A DNA stretch of 64,000 nt from Alphaproteobacteria bacterium (GTDB lineage: Bacteria; Pseudomonadota; Alphaproteobacteria; GCA-2731375), in NCBI GenBank assembly GCA_965232515.1, contig CBDDPY010000002.1, positions 4,064,001 to 4,128,000 of the forward strand, read 5' to 3'. Within the stretch, counting starts at the first letter, position 1; each line of letters begins with the position of its first letter. The notes beneath the pieces were generated by a model, which saw nothing but the letters and a program-made list of their open reading frames with translations, searched no databases and was not told the DNA's origin. A program made the position numbers and the translations under genes. Below, one piece after another: positions 9,382-19,658 of the stretch.

Positions 9382-10536
9382 TTATCCCCCGGCCGGCAGC
9401 ATATCCGCTGGCAGCACCGCGCGATAGGCCGCAAATGTATCGGCGACAAATTGCTCGACGGAAAACTCGGCCACGGCGCGTTCGCGGCTGCGGATACCCA
9501 TCCGGCGTCGCAGCTCCGGTTCCGTCAGCAGGGTCCGGATCGCATCGGCCGTGGCGGCGCCATCGCGCGCCGGCACCAGCAATCCATTGTCGCGGTCGCG
9601 CACGACCTCGCGGCAGCCGGGCACGTCGGTGGTGACGATCGGCAGGCCGCATGCCGCCGCCTCGATCAGACCGCGTGGCAAGCCTTCGCGGTAGCTGGGC
9701 GTCACCGCGATCGCCGCCTGCGCCAGGATCGCCGGCATGTCGGTAGCGAAACCCCACCATTCGACCAGGCCCTCGTCCTGCCAGCCGCGAATCACCGCCT
9801 CGCCGACGTCGGTCAGGTTTCCCGGATCGCGGCGGCCAACCAGCACGAACCGCGCCTCGCATCCCTCGGCTTTGAGGATGCGGGCCGCATCGACGAACTC
9901 GTTGACCCCCTTGTCGCCGATCAGGCGGGCCGGAAACATCACGATCGGCGCGCCTGCCGGCGGCGAATCGGGCCGGAAGCGATTCATATCGACGCCACAA
10001 CCCTTGATCATCAACGTCACGCCGCCGTCGACCAAGCCCTCGCGGATGAACATGCCGAGATCGTCGGGGTTCTGGAAGATCACACGGGCATTCGGATGCG
10101 CCAACGCGAACCGATAGACCGGTTTGATCAGCCGCCGGATCAGGCGCGACGACAGGTCCTCGCGAATGAACAGGAAACCGAGGCCGGTGACCGCATGCAC
10201 GGCCGCCGGTATCCGCAGCAGACGCGAGCACAGGCCGCCGTAAAGCACGGGCTTCATAGCGACGTGATGCACCAGATCGGGTCGCAACCCGCGCAGCAGA
10301 CGCCAGAACGCCGCGATCAGCCGCAATTCGCCGAGCACGCTGCGGCCGCCGCGCTTGAGCGGAATGTCGTGATAGTGGAAGCCATTGTCGCGAATGATGT
10401 CGGCATAGGGCTGCTCAAACGGCGCCGCCACATGCACCTCGAACCCGGCGTCGCGCGCGGCCAGCGCCACCGGCATCCGGTGGGTGGTGAAGAACAGCGC
10501 TTCGTTCATCAGGAACAACAGACGCGGCGCGGTCAT
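9382..10536 (-). CDS. glycosyltransferase family 4 (CapM/PglA-like)
   Basis: KPVLYG, TGLG, IFQN, KGVNEF, PSYREGLPRGLIEA, TTDVPGCRE. Confidence 0.93.
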   Translation of the reverse strand: MTAPRLLFLMNEALFFTTHRMPVALAARDAGFEVHVAAPFEQPYADIIRDNGFHYHDIPLKRGGRSVLGELRLIAAFWRLLRGLRPDLVHHVAMKPVLYGGLCSRLLRIPAAVHAVTGLGFLFIREDLSSRLIRRLIKPVYRFALAHPNARVIFQNPDDLGMFIREGLVDGGVTLMIKGCGVDMNRFRPDSPPAGAPIVMFPARLIGDKGVNEFVDAARILKAEGCEARFVLVGRRDPGNLTDVGEAVIRGWQDEGLVEWWGFATDMPAILAQAAIAVTPSYREGLPRGLIEAAACGLPIVTTDVPGCREVVRDRDNGLLVPARDGAATADAIRTLLTEPELRRRMGIRSRERAVAEFSVEQFVADTFAAYRAVLPADMLPAGG

Positions 10537-11369
10537 GCGTCACGCTCGCCGACATAGTTGTAGTGGGTCAACAATGGCGACAGCCAATTGCGCGCGGCGG
10601 CATCTTCGAGCCAACCGAGCGGATCGAAGATGGGATGGTTCGGAAACATCCGGAAATGCCGCACGCTGCGGCAGCGGACGCCAACGGCGGCGAACGATCG
10701 CCTGAGCGCCGCGGCGGACAGCACGCGTTCGTTCCCATAAGGCAGTTCGCGGTCGTCCTCGTCGGTAAAAGTCGTCACCGTCCGGGGCCCGCGACGCAGC
10801 AGCAATTGCATCTGCAACAACGGGTTCCAGCCGTTCGCCTCGGAAATCACCAGCGCGCCGCCGAACTTCAACAGCTCGGCCAGATGACGCACGACCTCGT
10901 CACGGGGCTCCAGATGATGGAAGGCCTGTTCCATCCAGATCACGTCGTAGGTGGCGCTGCCGGTGATATCCAGAATACCGGCACGGCGGAATTCGGCCGA
11001 CACCGGGCGGCCGAGATGCCGAGCCATGACATCGGCTCGACGCTGCGCCGTCTCGATGCGGTCGCTGCGGACATCGATGCCCAGCACGTCGGCGCCGTGC
11101 ATAGCCAACCAGAGCGATTCGGTACCGCAGCCGCAGCCGACCTCGAGCAGGCGCAGGCCGGGACGCCGCCGCACCAGCGCCAGCACCTCGTGCATCTGCG
11201 CGGCGTAGTAGCGTCGGATGCGTGGGCTGAACGACCTTGAAAAGCTCCGGTAATAGTCTTTCAGAGTCTGCTCGGCCGGATCGTCAAGCAGGGCGTTGTC
11301 GAGCCAGATGCGCAGGAACGCCGCCGCATCTGGCGCCGCCCGGAGTTGCGCGCCGATCTCGGTGGTCAT
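10533..11369 (-). CDS. class I SAM-dependent methyltransferase
   Basis: Motif I LLEVGCGCG, YDVIW, AFHHL; ATGA-coupled on both sides. Confidence 0.9.
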   Translation of the reverse strand: MTTEIGAQLRAAPDAAAFLRIWLDNALLDDPAEQTLKDYYRSFSRSFSPRIRRYYAAQMHEVLALVRRRPGLRLLEVGCGCGTESLWLAMHGADVLGIDVRSDRIETAQRRADVMARHLGRPVSAEFRRAGILDITGSATYDVIWMEQAFHHLEPRDEVVRHLAELLKFGGALVISEANGWNPLLQMQLLLRRGPRTVTTFTDEDDRELPYGNERVLSAAALRRSFAAVGVRCRSVRHFRMFPNHPIFDPLGWLEDAAARNWLSPLLTHYNYVGERDA

Positions 11370-12253
11370 CGCGACAAGACCCGCCGCAGCCGGCGGCGTA
11401 CGTTGCCGAGGTTGAGCTGCCGCCTGTAGTGCGACAGCGCGTCCGCCGGCAGCCGGTCCGGGTCGGCGTCATAATCGAAGGCCGCCGCGCCCGGCCGGAT
11501 ATACGCCATGATCGCGTCCCGGTGCGGACTGCGGCGGAACGCCTGCCGGACGTCGTGGTAGTTGCGGGGCGATAGCTTGCGCGGCAGGCCGCGGGCGGCC
11601 TCAAACGCGTCTTCGTCATCGATGTCGAGGGCGGCGAACAGCGGCCGCAACTGGCCGGCCGGGTCTTCGACCAGATCCTCGTAGCGGACGACCTGCCAGT
11701 CCGCGCCGGCGTCTTCGTAGGCCTTCTGCGCGGCGGCCCAGGTATGCGCGGCGCGCAGCAGCACGTCGTCGGGCAGCTTGCCGTCGCGCGAGGTCGGCAG
11801 CAGGAAGGCCGATGGTCGGGCGCCAATGCCCAAGCTCTTGCCGACGATGGAGGCGATGGTCGTCCAGGGATGGCGCACGCAATAAACGAACCGCGCCGTC
11901 GGAAACATCGCCTTCAGAACATCGATGTGCAGCGTGTGGCGGGGGTTCTTGACCACCAACCGGCGGCCGGCGGCCATCTCGAGGTAGCGCGACCGCAGGG
12001 TGTCGATGCGTTCGGGATCGGCCTGGAACGCGCCGGCGGGCGGCTGGCCGGTCGACGCATCGTAGTCGTCATAGAAGATCGACCACCACAGGGCATTGTC
12101 CGAGACGCCCGACGTGTCCTCGGGGCAGACCTGCTTGTTGCGATGCTCGGTGATCAGGAAATGCCGATCGCTGCCGCCCAGAATTCGGGCGGCCAGCAGC
12201 GTGCCCGATCGCGGCGCGCCGATGATGAAGATCGGATCGGCCGAGTCGCTCAT
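11366..12253 (-). CDS. sulfotransferase
   Basis: 5'-PSB loop IIGAPRSGT, VKNP, 3'-PB VRHP...S, RYEDLV. Confidence 0.88.
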   Translation of the reverse strand: MSDSADPIFIIGAPRSGTLLAARILGGSDRHFLITEHRNKQVCPEDTSGVSDNALWWSIFYDDYDASTGQPPAGAFQADPERIDTLRSRYLEMAAGRRLVVKNPRHTLHIDVLKAMFPTARFVYCVRHPWTTIASIVGKSLGIGARPSAFLLPTSRDGKLPDDVLLRAAHTWAAAQKAYEDAGADWQVVRYEDLVEDPAGQLRPLFAALDIDDEDAFEAARGLPRKLSPRNYHDVRQAFRRSPHRDAIMAYIRPGAAAFDYDADPDRLPADALSHYRRQLNLGNVRRRLRRVLSR

Positions 12254-14178
12254 GCCGCCTGCGCCTCCTGCCAGGCCTGGAACATCAGCACCTCCCAGAG
12301 CTGGTGCTGCCAGTTGCGGCGGCCGCTCAAATGCTCGGTCCAGCGCGCCCGGATCGGCGCCGGATCGAAGAAACCCTCGCGCCGCAGCCGGCTCTCGTCC
12401 AGGAGCGCCTCGGCCCAGTCGCGCAAGGGGCCGCGCAGCCAGTCGTGGATCGGCACGGCGAAGCCCATCTTGGGCCGCTCGATGAGCGCGCGCGGCACGT
12501 GCCGGTGCAGCACCTCGCGCAGCAGCCGCTTGCCGGTGCCGTCGTGGATCCGGAGCGACAGCGGCAGCGACCAGGCGAAGGCGACGACGCGATGGTCGAG
12601 GATCGGCACGCGCGCCTCCAGGCTGACCGCCATGCTGGCGCGGTCGACCTTGGTCAGAATATCGTCCGGCAGATAGCTGAGTGCGTCGAGATACATCATC
12701 TGCGCCGCGAAGTCCGGCACCTCGAGCCAGTCGTCGCGGCGCTGCGCCAGGATCTCCGGCTCACGGCCGCCGACAACGATGTCGGCGGGGTCCTGCCACT
12801 GGCTGATCAGCCGCCGATAGATCTCGGTCAGGCCGTCGGCGTCGAGCAGGCCGGCGAGCTTGTGCAGCTTGTCGCCGGCGTTGCGCTGCCGCAGCAGGCC
12901 GCCGAAGCGGTCCCAGGCGGGCGGCGAGACGGACGTGATCGCGCCGGCCAGCAGACGCCGCAGGCCCAGCGGCAGCCGGGCATTGGTGCAGGCGACCCGG
13001 CCGCTCCAGAGATAGCGGTTGTAGCCGCCGAAGGTCTCGTCGCCGCCGTCGCCGGAGAGCGCCACCGTGACGTGCCGGCGCGCCATCTCGGAGACGAGAA
13101 AGGTCGGCAGCTGTGAGGAATCCGCGAACGGCTCGTCATACATGGCGCCAAGCCGCGGGACGACGGCCTGCGCTTCCCGTGGCGTGACGTAGAGCTCGTG
13201 GTGCTCGGTGCCGAGATGCCGGGCGACGGCGGCGGCGTCCTCGGCCTCGTTGTAGGCGCCGTCGCGAAAGCCGATCGAGAAGGTTTTGACCGGCCGGTCG
13301 CTGTTGGCCTGCATCAGCGCGGCGACGGTCGAGGAATCGATGCCGCCTGACAGGAACACGCCAAGCGGCACGTCGGCGACCATGCGACAGCGCACGGCCT
13401 CGCCGAGGCAGCGCTCGAGCTCGTCGGTGGCTTCGCCGATATCGCCGGCGAAGGGCGTCTGCTGTGCCGTCTCGGCGACGTCTTTCAGCGACCAGTAGGT
13501 TTCGGTCGCCACCTCGCCGCTGTCGGTGTCGAGGGTGAGGATGCTGGCGGGCGCCAGCTTGCGGATCTGCCGGAAGATGCTGTGCGGCGCCGGAATGCAG
13601 TTGAGGCGCATGTAGAGTGTCAACGCATCGCGGTCGATATCGCCCTGGAAGCCGGGATGCGCCTGCAGCGACCGCAGCTCGGAGCCGAACAGGAAGGTGC
13701 GGCCGATCTGTCCGTAGTAAACCGGCTTGATGCCCAGGCGGTCGCGCACCAGGTGCAGACGCCGATCCCGCCGGTCCCAGAGCGCGAAGGCGAACATGCC
13801 GACGAAGCGCTCGACGGCGGCGGTCAGGCCCCATTCGACGATGGCGGCCAGCATGATCTCGGTGTCGGAGCGGCCGCGGAAGGCGTGGCCGAGGCCTTCG
13901 AGCTCGGCCCGCAGCTCGGAAAAATTGTAGACCTCGCCGTTGTAGCTGATGACATGGCGGCCGTCGGCCGACCGCATGGGCTGCGCGCCCTCGGCGGACA
14001 GGTCGATGATGGCGAGACGTCGATGGGCCAGCGCGACGCCAGCCTCGGCGTCGGTCCAGACGCCATCGGAGTCCGGGCCGCGATGGCGGATCGCATCGGC
14101 CATCGCCCGGCCGGTCTCAACGAGCCGGTCAGCGGTCGTGCCGCGCGACAGATCGATAAAGCCGGTGATACCGCACAT
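12250..14178 (-). CDS. asnB: asparagine synthase-like glutamine amidotransferase (glycan amidation type)
   Basis: N-terminal MCGI, HRGPD, RLAIID, NGEVYN, LSGGIDS, SGDGGDE, EARVP, RPKMGF. Confidence 0.93.
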   Translation of the reverse strand: MCGITGFIDLSRGTTADRLVETGRAMADAIRHRGPDSDGVWTDAEAGVALAHRRLAIIDLSAEGAQPMRSADGRHVISYNGEVYNFSELRAELEGLGHAFRGRSDTEIMLAAIVEWGLTAAVERFVGMFAFALWDRRDRRLHLVRDRLGIKPVYYGQIGRTFLFGSELRSLQAHPGFQGDIDRDALTLYMRLNCIPAPHSIFRQIRKLAPASILTLDTDSGEVATETYWSLKDVAETAQQTPFAGDIGEATDELERCLGEAVRCRMVADVPLGVFLSGGIDSSTVAALMQANSDRPVKTFSIGFRDGAYNEAEDAAAVARHLGTEHHELYVTPREAQAVVPRLGAMYDEPFADSSQLPTFLVSEMARRHVTVALSGDGGDETFGGYNRYLWSGRVACTNARLPLGLRRLLAGAITSVSPPAWDRFGGLLRQRNAGDKLHKLAGLLDADGLTEIYRRLISQWQDPADIVVGGREPEILAQRRDDWLEVPDFAAQMMYLDALSYLPDDILTKVDRASMAVSLEARVPILDHRVVAFAWSLPLSLRIHDGTGKRLLREVLHRHVPRALIERPKMGFAVPIHDWLRGPLRDWAEALLDESRLRREGFFDPAPIRARWTEHLSGRRNWQHQLWEVLMFQAWQEAQAA

Positions 14179-14194
14179 GGGGCGAGCGATGTTC

Positions 14195-15013
14195 CTAACC
14201 GGTCGCCGCGGCCCGCGCCGCGGGCGGCAGGCCGACCGGTGAGAAGTCGACGTTCGGATAGTGGGCGGCGAGCGCGGCGATGCGCGCCTGCTGCGCCGCC
14301 GTCAGCTCGTCTCGGCCGCGGCCGCTACGACCCTGGTTGAAACGGCTGTTGCTACCGGCGGCGCGGGCGACCGCCGCGTCGACGTCAGCCGTCGCGTCGA
14401 CGCCGCAGAAGTCGAGCACGCGCGCGACGGCGCCAGCCTTGTCAGCCATGACCGCGTCATAGCTCAGCCACAGCGTTTCAACCTCGGTCTGCCGGGACCA
14501 GCCGGCCACGAACTGGACGTACCACGGCAGCGCCAGATCGATGACCAGATCCAGCCGCGCCGCGCGGCCGAGGTCGGCGAAGTCCTCGCCGACGTTCAGC
14601 ACCGGCGTCGTTTTGGATTCCGTCTCCAGGTGATCGCAGAGGCTGACGGCGCAGTCGCAGAGGTCGCGCACCAGCACGACCGGCCGGATGCCGAAGTCGC
14701 GCATGAGCGACAGGTTCGGTTCGGTGGCGCGCGTGTGCTGGTGGCAGACGATGTCCATCGACCAGGCATCCAACAGCTTCGGCAGGTAGAGGTCCTGCTC
14801 GTTCAGGTGATGGGCGCCGAGAAAGAAAGGCATGAAGCCCGTCGCCTCACGCAGGGCGTTGACCAGGAAGGTCGAGCCCGATTTCGGCAGCGCCGTCAGG
14901 AAGACCGTGTTGCCGGCTCGGGTGAACAGCCGTTTGTAGCGGAGCTGCCAGCGCAGGCCGCGCCCGCCTAAGGTCTTCAGCGCCCGATCGGCGCGTTGCG
15001 CGAGGCCGGTCAT
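14195..15013 (-). CDS. sulfotransferase domain protein
   Basis: LTALPKSGSTFL PSB loop, VRD...VS, SYD, FNQG..G.G; ATG at 15013 overlaps the upstream stop. Confidence 0.82.
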   Translation of the reverse strand: MTGLAQRADRALKTLGGRGLRWQLRYKRLFTRAGNTVFLTALPKSGSTFLVNALREATGFMPFFLGAHHLNEQDLYLPKLLDAWSMDIVCHQHTRATEPNLSLMRDFGIRPVVLVRDLCDCAVSLCDHLETESKTTPVLNVGEDFADLGRAARLDLVIDLALPWYVQFVAGWSRQTEVETLWLSYDAVMADKAGAVARVLDFCGVDATADVDAAVARAAGSNSRFNQGRSGRGRDELTAAQQARIAALAAHYPNVDFSPVGLPPAARAAATG

Positions 15014-16497
15014 GGCCGGCGCAGCAACATCAACGGTCGCGCCGGCGAGTCGCCGTCGGTGATCATGCGATGGCCGAGCAGCTCGGCCTCGGCCAGCCAC
15101 GGCACGGCCTTGATGCGCTGATACTGGTCGCCAACGCCCTGATCGGCATGGCCCTCGTAGAACATGTAAGTCCAGGGCAGGTCGGCGACGCCGGGCGGAA
15201 AGCCGATATGGTCGCTGACCGCGAGATAGAACAGCACGCCGCCCGTGCGGTCGCCGAACCGGTCCGGCAGCGCGGCGGCGAAGTCGGTCGCGTCATCGAT
15301 GGCGCCGCCGGTGACGGTCGCCCGCGTCGCACCCAACGCCGGCAGCAGGCGCGACGCCGCGCCCGCGACCTTGGGCATATCCCAGCCGAAGCCCCAGAGC
15401 GCGCCGGCGCCCAGCGCCTGATACAGCATCAGGCCGGTATTGCAGCCGATATCGAAGACCAGCCGGTCGTCGAGCGACAGGTCGGCATGCCGGAGTAGTT
15501 CGTCAAAAGCCCGCCAGCGCGTCTCGATGTCGCGCTTGCCAGGCGCCAGACCGGGGATGGCCTGATAGAGATACTGGCCGCCGCCGCGAAAGAAGCGCGT
15601 GCCGCCGAAATGCGTCTTGTCCTTCTCTTCCTCGGCGATCTGGCCCACGAGCAGCGCGTCGTCCGTAATCATGAAGGACTGGAAATCGACGTAAAGCGGC
15701 TGACCGGTCTTTGCGTCGAGGCGCAGGTTGCCATTGCAATCCGGGGCTTCGAAGTCCATCGCCACGTCGGTGCTGCTGTGCACCGTGGTGATGCCGCTGT
15801 GTTCGAGCCAGGATTGCAGGCGCGGCATGAATTCGGCGTGCGCCGGCGCATCGGCCAGCGGGCCGCCGACATGATCGACGACATACGCCGTCAACGGCAC
15901 GCCGGCGGCGTCGAGGTGAAGGAGGTCGTGCACCCGAGGACCCAGGCCGGCGGCATGAAGCTGGTTGGCGATCCGCATCAATGCTTTCGGCGGCGGCGTC
16001 AGCTTGCGCAACAGGGACGCGCCGGCGGCCGGGTTCAGCTCGTGACGCGCATAGATGGCATCGTCCGGATGTTGCAGGTCCTTCAGGATCTTCAGGCCGA
16101 CGCCCGCCGGATAGACCTCTCGCAGGAACGGAAAGCAGCGGTCGAGGGCCGGTCCCGGCCCGACATACAAGGTCCAACCGCCCGCCATCGGATCGAGGTC
16201 GTGTGCAACGAGCGCCTGCTGCAGATCATCCGCATCGCGGATGACGCCCAGATTGACATCGAAACCGAGCACCGACTGACGCGACAGGAAAGCCGCGAAG
16301 CGTCCGTCGTCGCGCTTCGCCCGCAACTTGCCGGAAACCAGCGCGTGGACGAAAAACCGCACGGCGACGACAATGCCCCAGAGACGGAGCAGGAAACGAT
16401 AGGCCCAGGGAAACGGGTCGACCAGCGCCCGCAGCTTCTTGCGCAGGACGTAGCCGAGACCGGGCCGGGGCGCGTTCGCGCGCAATTGATCGGTCAT
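15010..16497 (-). CDS. kinase-like / SAM methyltransferase fusion (WbdD-like domains)
   Basis: N-half has LKILK, GLGPRV, DCNGN and LYVDF (kinase-like fold). C-half has YQAIPG...RD...VFDIGCNTG (methyltransferase). Confidence 0.6.
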   Translation of the reverse strand: MTDQLRANAPRPGLGYVLRKKLRALVDPFPWAYRFLLRLWGIVVAVRFFVHALVSGKLRAKRDDGRFAAFLSRQSVLGFDVNLGVIRDADDLQQALVAHDLDPMAGGWTLYVGPGPALDRCFPFLREVYPAGVGLKILKDLQHPDDAIYARHELNPAAGASLLRKLTPPPKALMRIANQLHAAGLGPRVHDLLHLDAAGVPLTAYVVDHVGGPLADAPAHAEFMPRLQSWLEHSGITTVHSSTDVAMDFEAPDCNGNLRLDAKTGQPLYVDFQSFMITDDALLVGQIAEEEKDKTHFGGTRFFRGGGQYLYQAIPGLAPGKRDIETRWRAFDELLRHADLSLDDRLVFDIGCNTGLMLYQALGAGALWGFGWDMPKVAGAASRLLPALGATRATVTGGAIDDATDFAAALPDRFGDRTGGVLFYLAVSDHIGFPPGVADLPWTYMFYEGHADQGVGDQYQRIKAVPWLAEAELLGHRMITDGDSPARPLMLLRRP

Positions 16498-17888
16498 GCC
16501 TGGCCGACGCCGCGCACGATCACGCAGTTCGGCAACGCCGGAATCGACGCGACGTCGACATCGGCGAAACGGCCCGTCGCCTGACGCAAACGGTCCAGCA
16601 CGGCGCCCGCCTCGTCGACCCGCAGGCCGGGAAACTTCTGCGCCGCGTAGCCGCCGTCGCCACCGCCGGATGAGAGGACACGCTGTAACCGGCGTTTGCC
16701 CTGCTGCAGGGCGTCCCGTCCGGCCCGAGCGGCGCGGGCCGACAACGAGTCGTCAAAGACATCCACCGGCACGTCGACGTCCCGCAGGGCCGCGACGATG
16801 TTCTGACAGGCGAATGGTCCGCGAAGGCCGGCAATATAGGCACCGACGATCTCCCGCTCGGCATCATCCGCCGGCCGGTTGTCGAGACCGTCCCGGATGG
16901 CGGCGATCAACGCATCGCGGCTGGTACATTCATGACTGACGGCGTTGGGCAGGTAGGCATCAAACGTTTCCGACCGCACCGCGCGATAGGCATAGACCGG
17001 CGTCGACAGCAGGAACGCCTCCAGGCCTGTGCTGCAGCCGGCATGCACCAGCGCGTCGGCGCCGATGATCCAGGGCGCGGCACTGCCATCGTGGATCACG
17101 GCGACGTTGTCGAGGCCGGCGGTTTCGCTGCGCCAGCGGTCGTGGTTTTCGGCCGGATGCGGCCGCACGACGATGCGCCGGTCGGGGAATGCCGCCGCCA
17201 GGTCCGGCAGCATGGCGACGAAGGAATCGAACATCGCGTGCGCGTGATCGCACCAAGCCTGCAGATACGCTTCCTCGCCCTCGGTCCGAACGATGCCGCG
17301 CTGTTTTTGCAGCGTGACCATATGGTTCGGACCGAGATAGTGGTTGTAGCGGCCGAAATTGGTGTTCACCAGGATGTAGGGCGCGTGGGCGTCGCGTATC
17401 GCCTCGACCTCGGTCGCGTAGAGCGCCCGCAGTTCGGGCCTGAGCACGTCCATGCGGGGATTGCCCGTGGCCAGGACCTTGTCGGCCTGGCCGTTGGCGT
17501 GGCTGGCGATATCGCTGCGCTGGCGCTCGCCCCAGGCAAAGAAACGATCGGCGAGGCCGAGCGAGTCCAGCGACACACGCTCGGACAGGTAGGTCTCGCG
17601 GTCGAGATAGACCAGCCCCTCCTCGCACCAGGCGGCGATGTGATGGCCGGCCTGCTTCAGCCGCTCGAAATGCCGGGTCTTGGTGCGGGCGACGCTCTTG
17701 TCGAGATAAATGCCCCGGGGCAGACGTTTCAGATGATGCAGCAGTACGTTCTGGTCGCCCAGCACGGTGCTGAAGCCAGCTTCGGCCGCGAACGCCGCCA
17801 GCAGCAGCTTCCCCTGCAGCTCGCGCACCTTGACCTCGACCGGCAGCAGCAGCCAGCGGCTCGCGTCGCTATGGGCGGTCGCGGACAT
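16494..17888 (-). CDS. surface carbohydrate biosynthesis protein (TIGR04396-like, GT-B fold)
   Basis: LPVEVKVRELQGKLLLA, EEGLVY, FAWG, TGNPR.D, ILVNTNF, VRPHPAE, CSTGLEA. Confidence 0.75.
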   Translation of the reverse strand: MSATAHSDASRWLLLPVEVKVRELQGKLLLAAFAAEAGFSTVLGDQNVLLHHLKRLPRGIYLDKSVARTKTRHFERLKQAGHHIAAWCEEGLVYLDRETYLSERVSLDSLGLADRFFAWGERQRSDIASHANGQADKVLATGNPRMDVLRPELRALYATEVEAIRDAHAPYILVNTNFGRYNHYLGPNHMVTLQKQRGIVRTEGEEAYLQAWCDHAHAMFDSFVAMLPDLAAAFPDRRIVVRPHPAENHDRWRSETAGLDNVAVIHDGSAAPWIIGADALVHAGCSTGLEAFLLSTPVYAYRAVRSETFDAYLPNAVSHECTSRDALIAAIRDGLDNRPADDAEREIVGAYIAGLRGPFACQNIVAALRDVDVPVDVFDDSLSARAARAGRDALQQGKRRLQRVLSSGGGDGGYAAQKFPGLRVDEAGAVLDRLRQATGRFADVDVASIPALPNCVIVRGVGQA

Positions 17889-17896
17889 ATCCGGCC

Positions 17897-19315
17897 TCAG
17901 GCGCTGGCGGCCGCCGGCGCCTCGGCGCCCACTGCAATATCGGCCAGCAGATCGCAGGTTCGCTGGCCGGCCCGGCCATCCGAATTGCCGACCCAATGGC
18001 CCAGCATCTGGCACGACATCGCCGGCAGCTCGGCGGCGATCCGGGCGCTCGCGCGCTCGCGCGCCCGCTCGGCCAGCATCCGGTTCAATTCGTCGGCCGA
18101 CGTCGCCTGATCCGCCGCCGCGCCCAGCTCGACGACGAACGGCCGGCGCGCCGGATCAGCGGCTTCGTCGAACATGGGCTGCACGATCGGGATGCCGGCG
18201 GCCAGCGCCTCGAACAGCGAGGTGCTGTTGAACGCGCACATCACGTCGCTGCCAACAATCAGTTCGAAGGGATCGCCGCCGATGACGAATTCCAGGTTCG
18301 CCGGCGGTTTGAAGCCCTTGCCGAAGGCCTGCTCGATGGTCTTGAGGGCCGTCGCGTGGTTCTTGGTCTTGATGGCGACGCGGATGTCCGGGTTGTCGCG
18401 CGCCAGATTGACCATGGCGGCGTGGGTGCCGGTCACCAGATCGGTGAAGCTCACGCCCTCGAATTCCGGCGCCAGCTCTTCCCAGCCACGGTCGCCTTTG
18501 TGTTGAATCTTCGGTGCGCCGGTGCCGGCGTTGAACGACATGAACAGGACACGCGGCGTTGCATCGCCGGCCGTACCCCGGCCGGCATGGGCGCGACGCC
18601 AGCGATGGATCTCGTCCATACGCGGCATGCCGGTGACGGTGATGCGCTCGGGCGGCGCCACCTGGGCGGCGATCTGAATGTCGCGCTCAATGTTGTTGTA
18701 GACGGTGATGGCGCTGCCGCGGAACGGCAGCTTGCGGTTGGAGTAGGTGTATTCGAAGAACGGCGCCAGCCCAGGTGTCTTCAGGCATTCCTTGTGCATG
18801 GCGACGAAAGGCGTGCCGTGCACCTCGAGGGCGGCGATCAGTTCCTGCTCGGCGAAATAGCTGAAGTTGCCGCTGAGCACCAGGTCGATGCCGAGACGGC
18901 GCCGCAGGTGCGGCCAGAGCTCATGGCAAAAAGCGCGATAGGCCGACATCTGGTCCGCATAGCGGCCGGCGACGTTGCGATAGAAATTGTCGTCGACATC
19001 GGCCGGCAGGAAGGCCGTCGCCATGGCCTTTACCAGGCTGCGGTCAAGCGCGATCACGCCGAACCGGTCGTCGCGCCCGATGCTGGCGAGAATATCTTCG
19101 GTGAAGCCCGGCTTCGGCAAGAACAACGCGGTCAGCGGCCGCGACACGCCCGATGCAGGCTGCTTCAGCCGGACACATTGCGACGCCACGACCCCGGCGA
19201 CCGCTGCGGCGTGTCCGCCACGCGTCAGCCGGGTGACGGCGGGCGCGGCAGCGACTTCCGCGAATTTCCGGCGCAGACGGAAGGCCGTGGAGGTGACGTC
19301 CAAATCAGTGGTCAT
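17897..19315 (-). CDS. hypothetical GT-B-like glycan biosynthesis protein
   Basis: First gene of the coupled minus-strand operon. TGMPRMD and SDVMCAFNSTSLFEALAAGIP resemble the C-terminal nucleotide-sugar-binding lobe of capsule transferases. Confidence 0.6.
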   Translation of the reverse strand: MTTDLDVTSTAFRLRRKFAEVAAAPAVTRLTRGGHAAAVAGVVASQCVRLKQPASGVSRPLTALFLPKPGFTEDILASIGRDDRFGVIALDRSLVKAMATAFLPADVDDNFYRNVAGRYADQMSAYRAFCHELWPHLRRRLGIDLVLSGNFSYFAEQELIAALEVHGTPFVAMHKECLKTPGLAPFFEYTYSNRKLPFRGSAITVYNNIERDIQIAAQVAPPERITVTGMPRMDEIHRWRRAHAGRGTAGDATPRVLFMSFNAGTGAPKIQHKGDRGWEELAPEFEGVSFTDLVTGTHAAMVNLARDNPDIRVAIKTKNHATALKTIEQAFGKGFKPPANLEFVIGGDPFELIVGSDVMCAFNSTSLFEALAAGIPIVQPMFDEAADPARRPFVVELGAAADQATSADELNRMLAERARERASARIAAELPAMSCQMLGHWVGNSDGRAGQRTCDLLADIAVGAEAPAAASA

Positions 19316-19658
19316 GCGTGATCTGCCATGGGAAGCGACGACAACGCCCTATCCCGCGCGGCGGTATTACAGGCCATTCAGAACGCGGTCAAGCCGGCCC
19401 CAATGCGGCCGGCCGCCAACAACGTTTGGCTGCCGCGCGGGCAATCGGGTCCGATCGCGCCTCAATTCCGATGCGACGCAACGAAGCCACGGGCCGACAA
19501 CCGAAGGTCGCGTCTCGGGCTCGATATAGACAGCCCGGAACCTGTTTGTTAAACGAGCAACCCTAAGCTGCCGCTGACGCGCTCGAGCTACCATCGGGTC
19601 AGTGGCGATGGCGTGGGCTTCATTGCCCTGACCGCATCGGACCCGTTGGGGGAGGGCC

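Noticed and set aside
19360-19597. ops/JUMPstart-like fragments GGCGGTAT (+) and GATGGTAGC (-)
   Set aside because: Multiple mismatches; the better match points away from the long operon.
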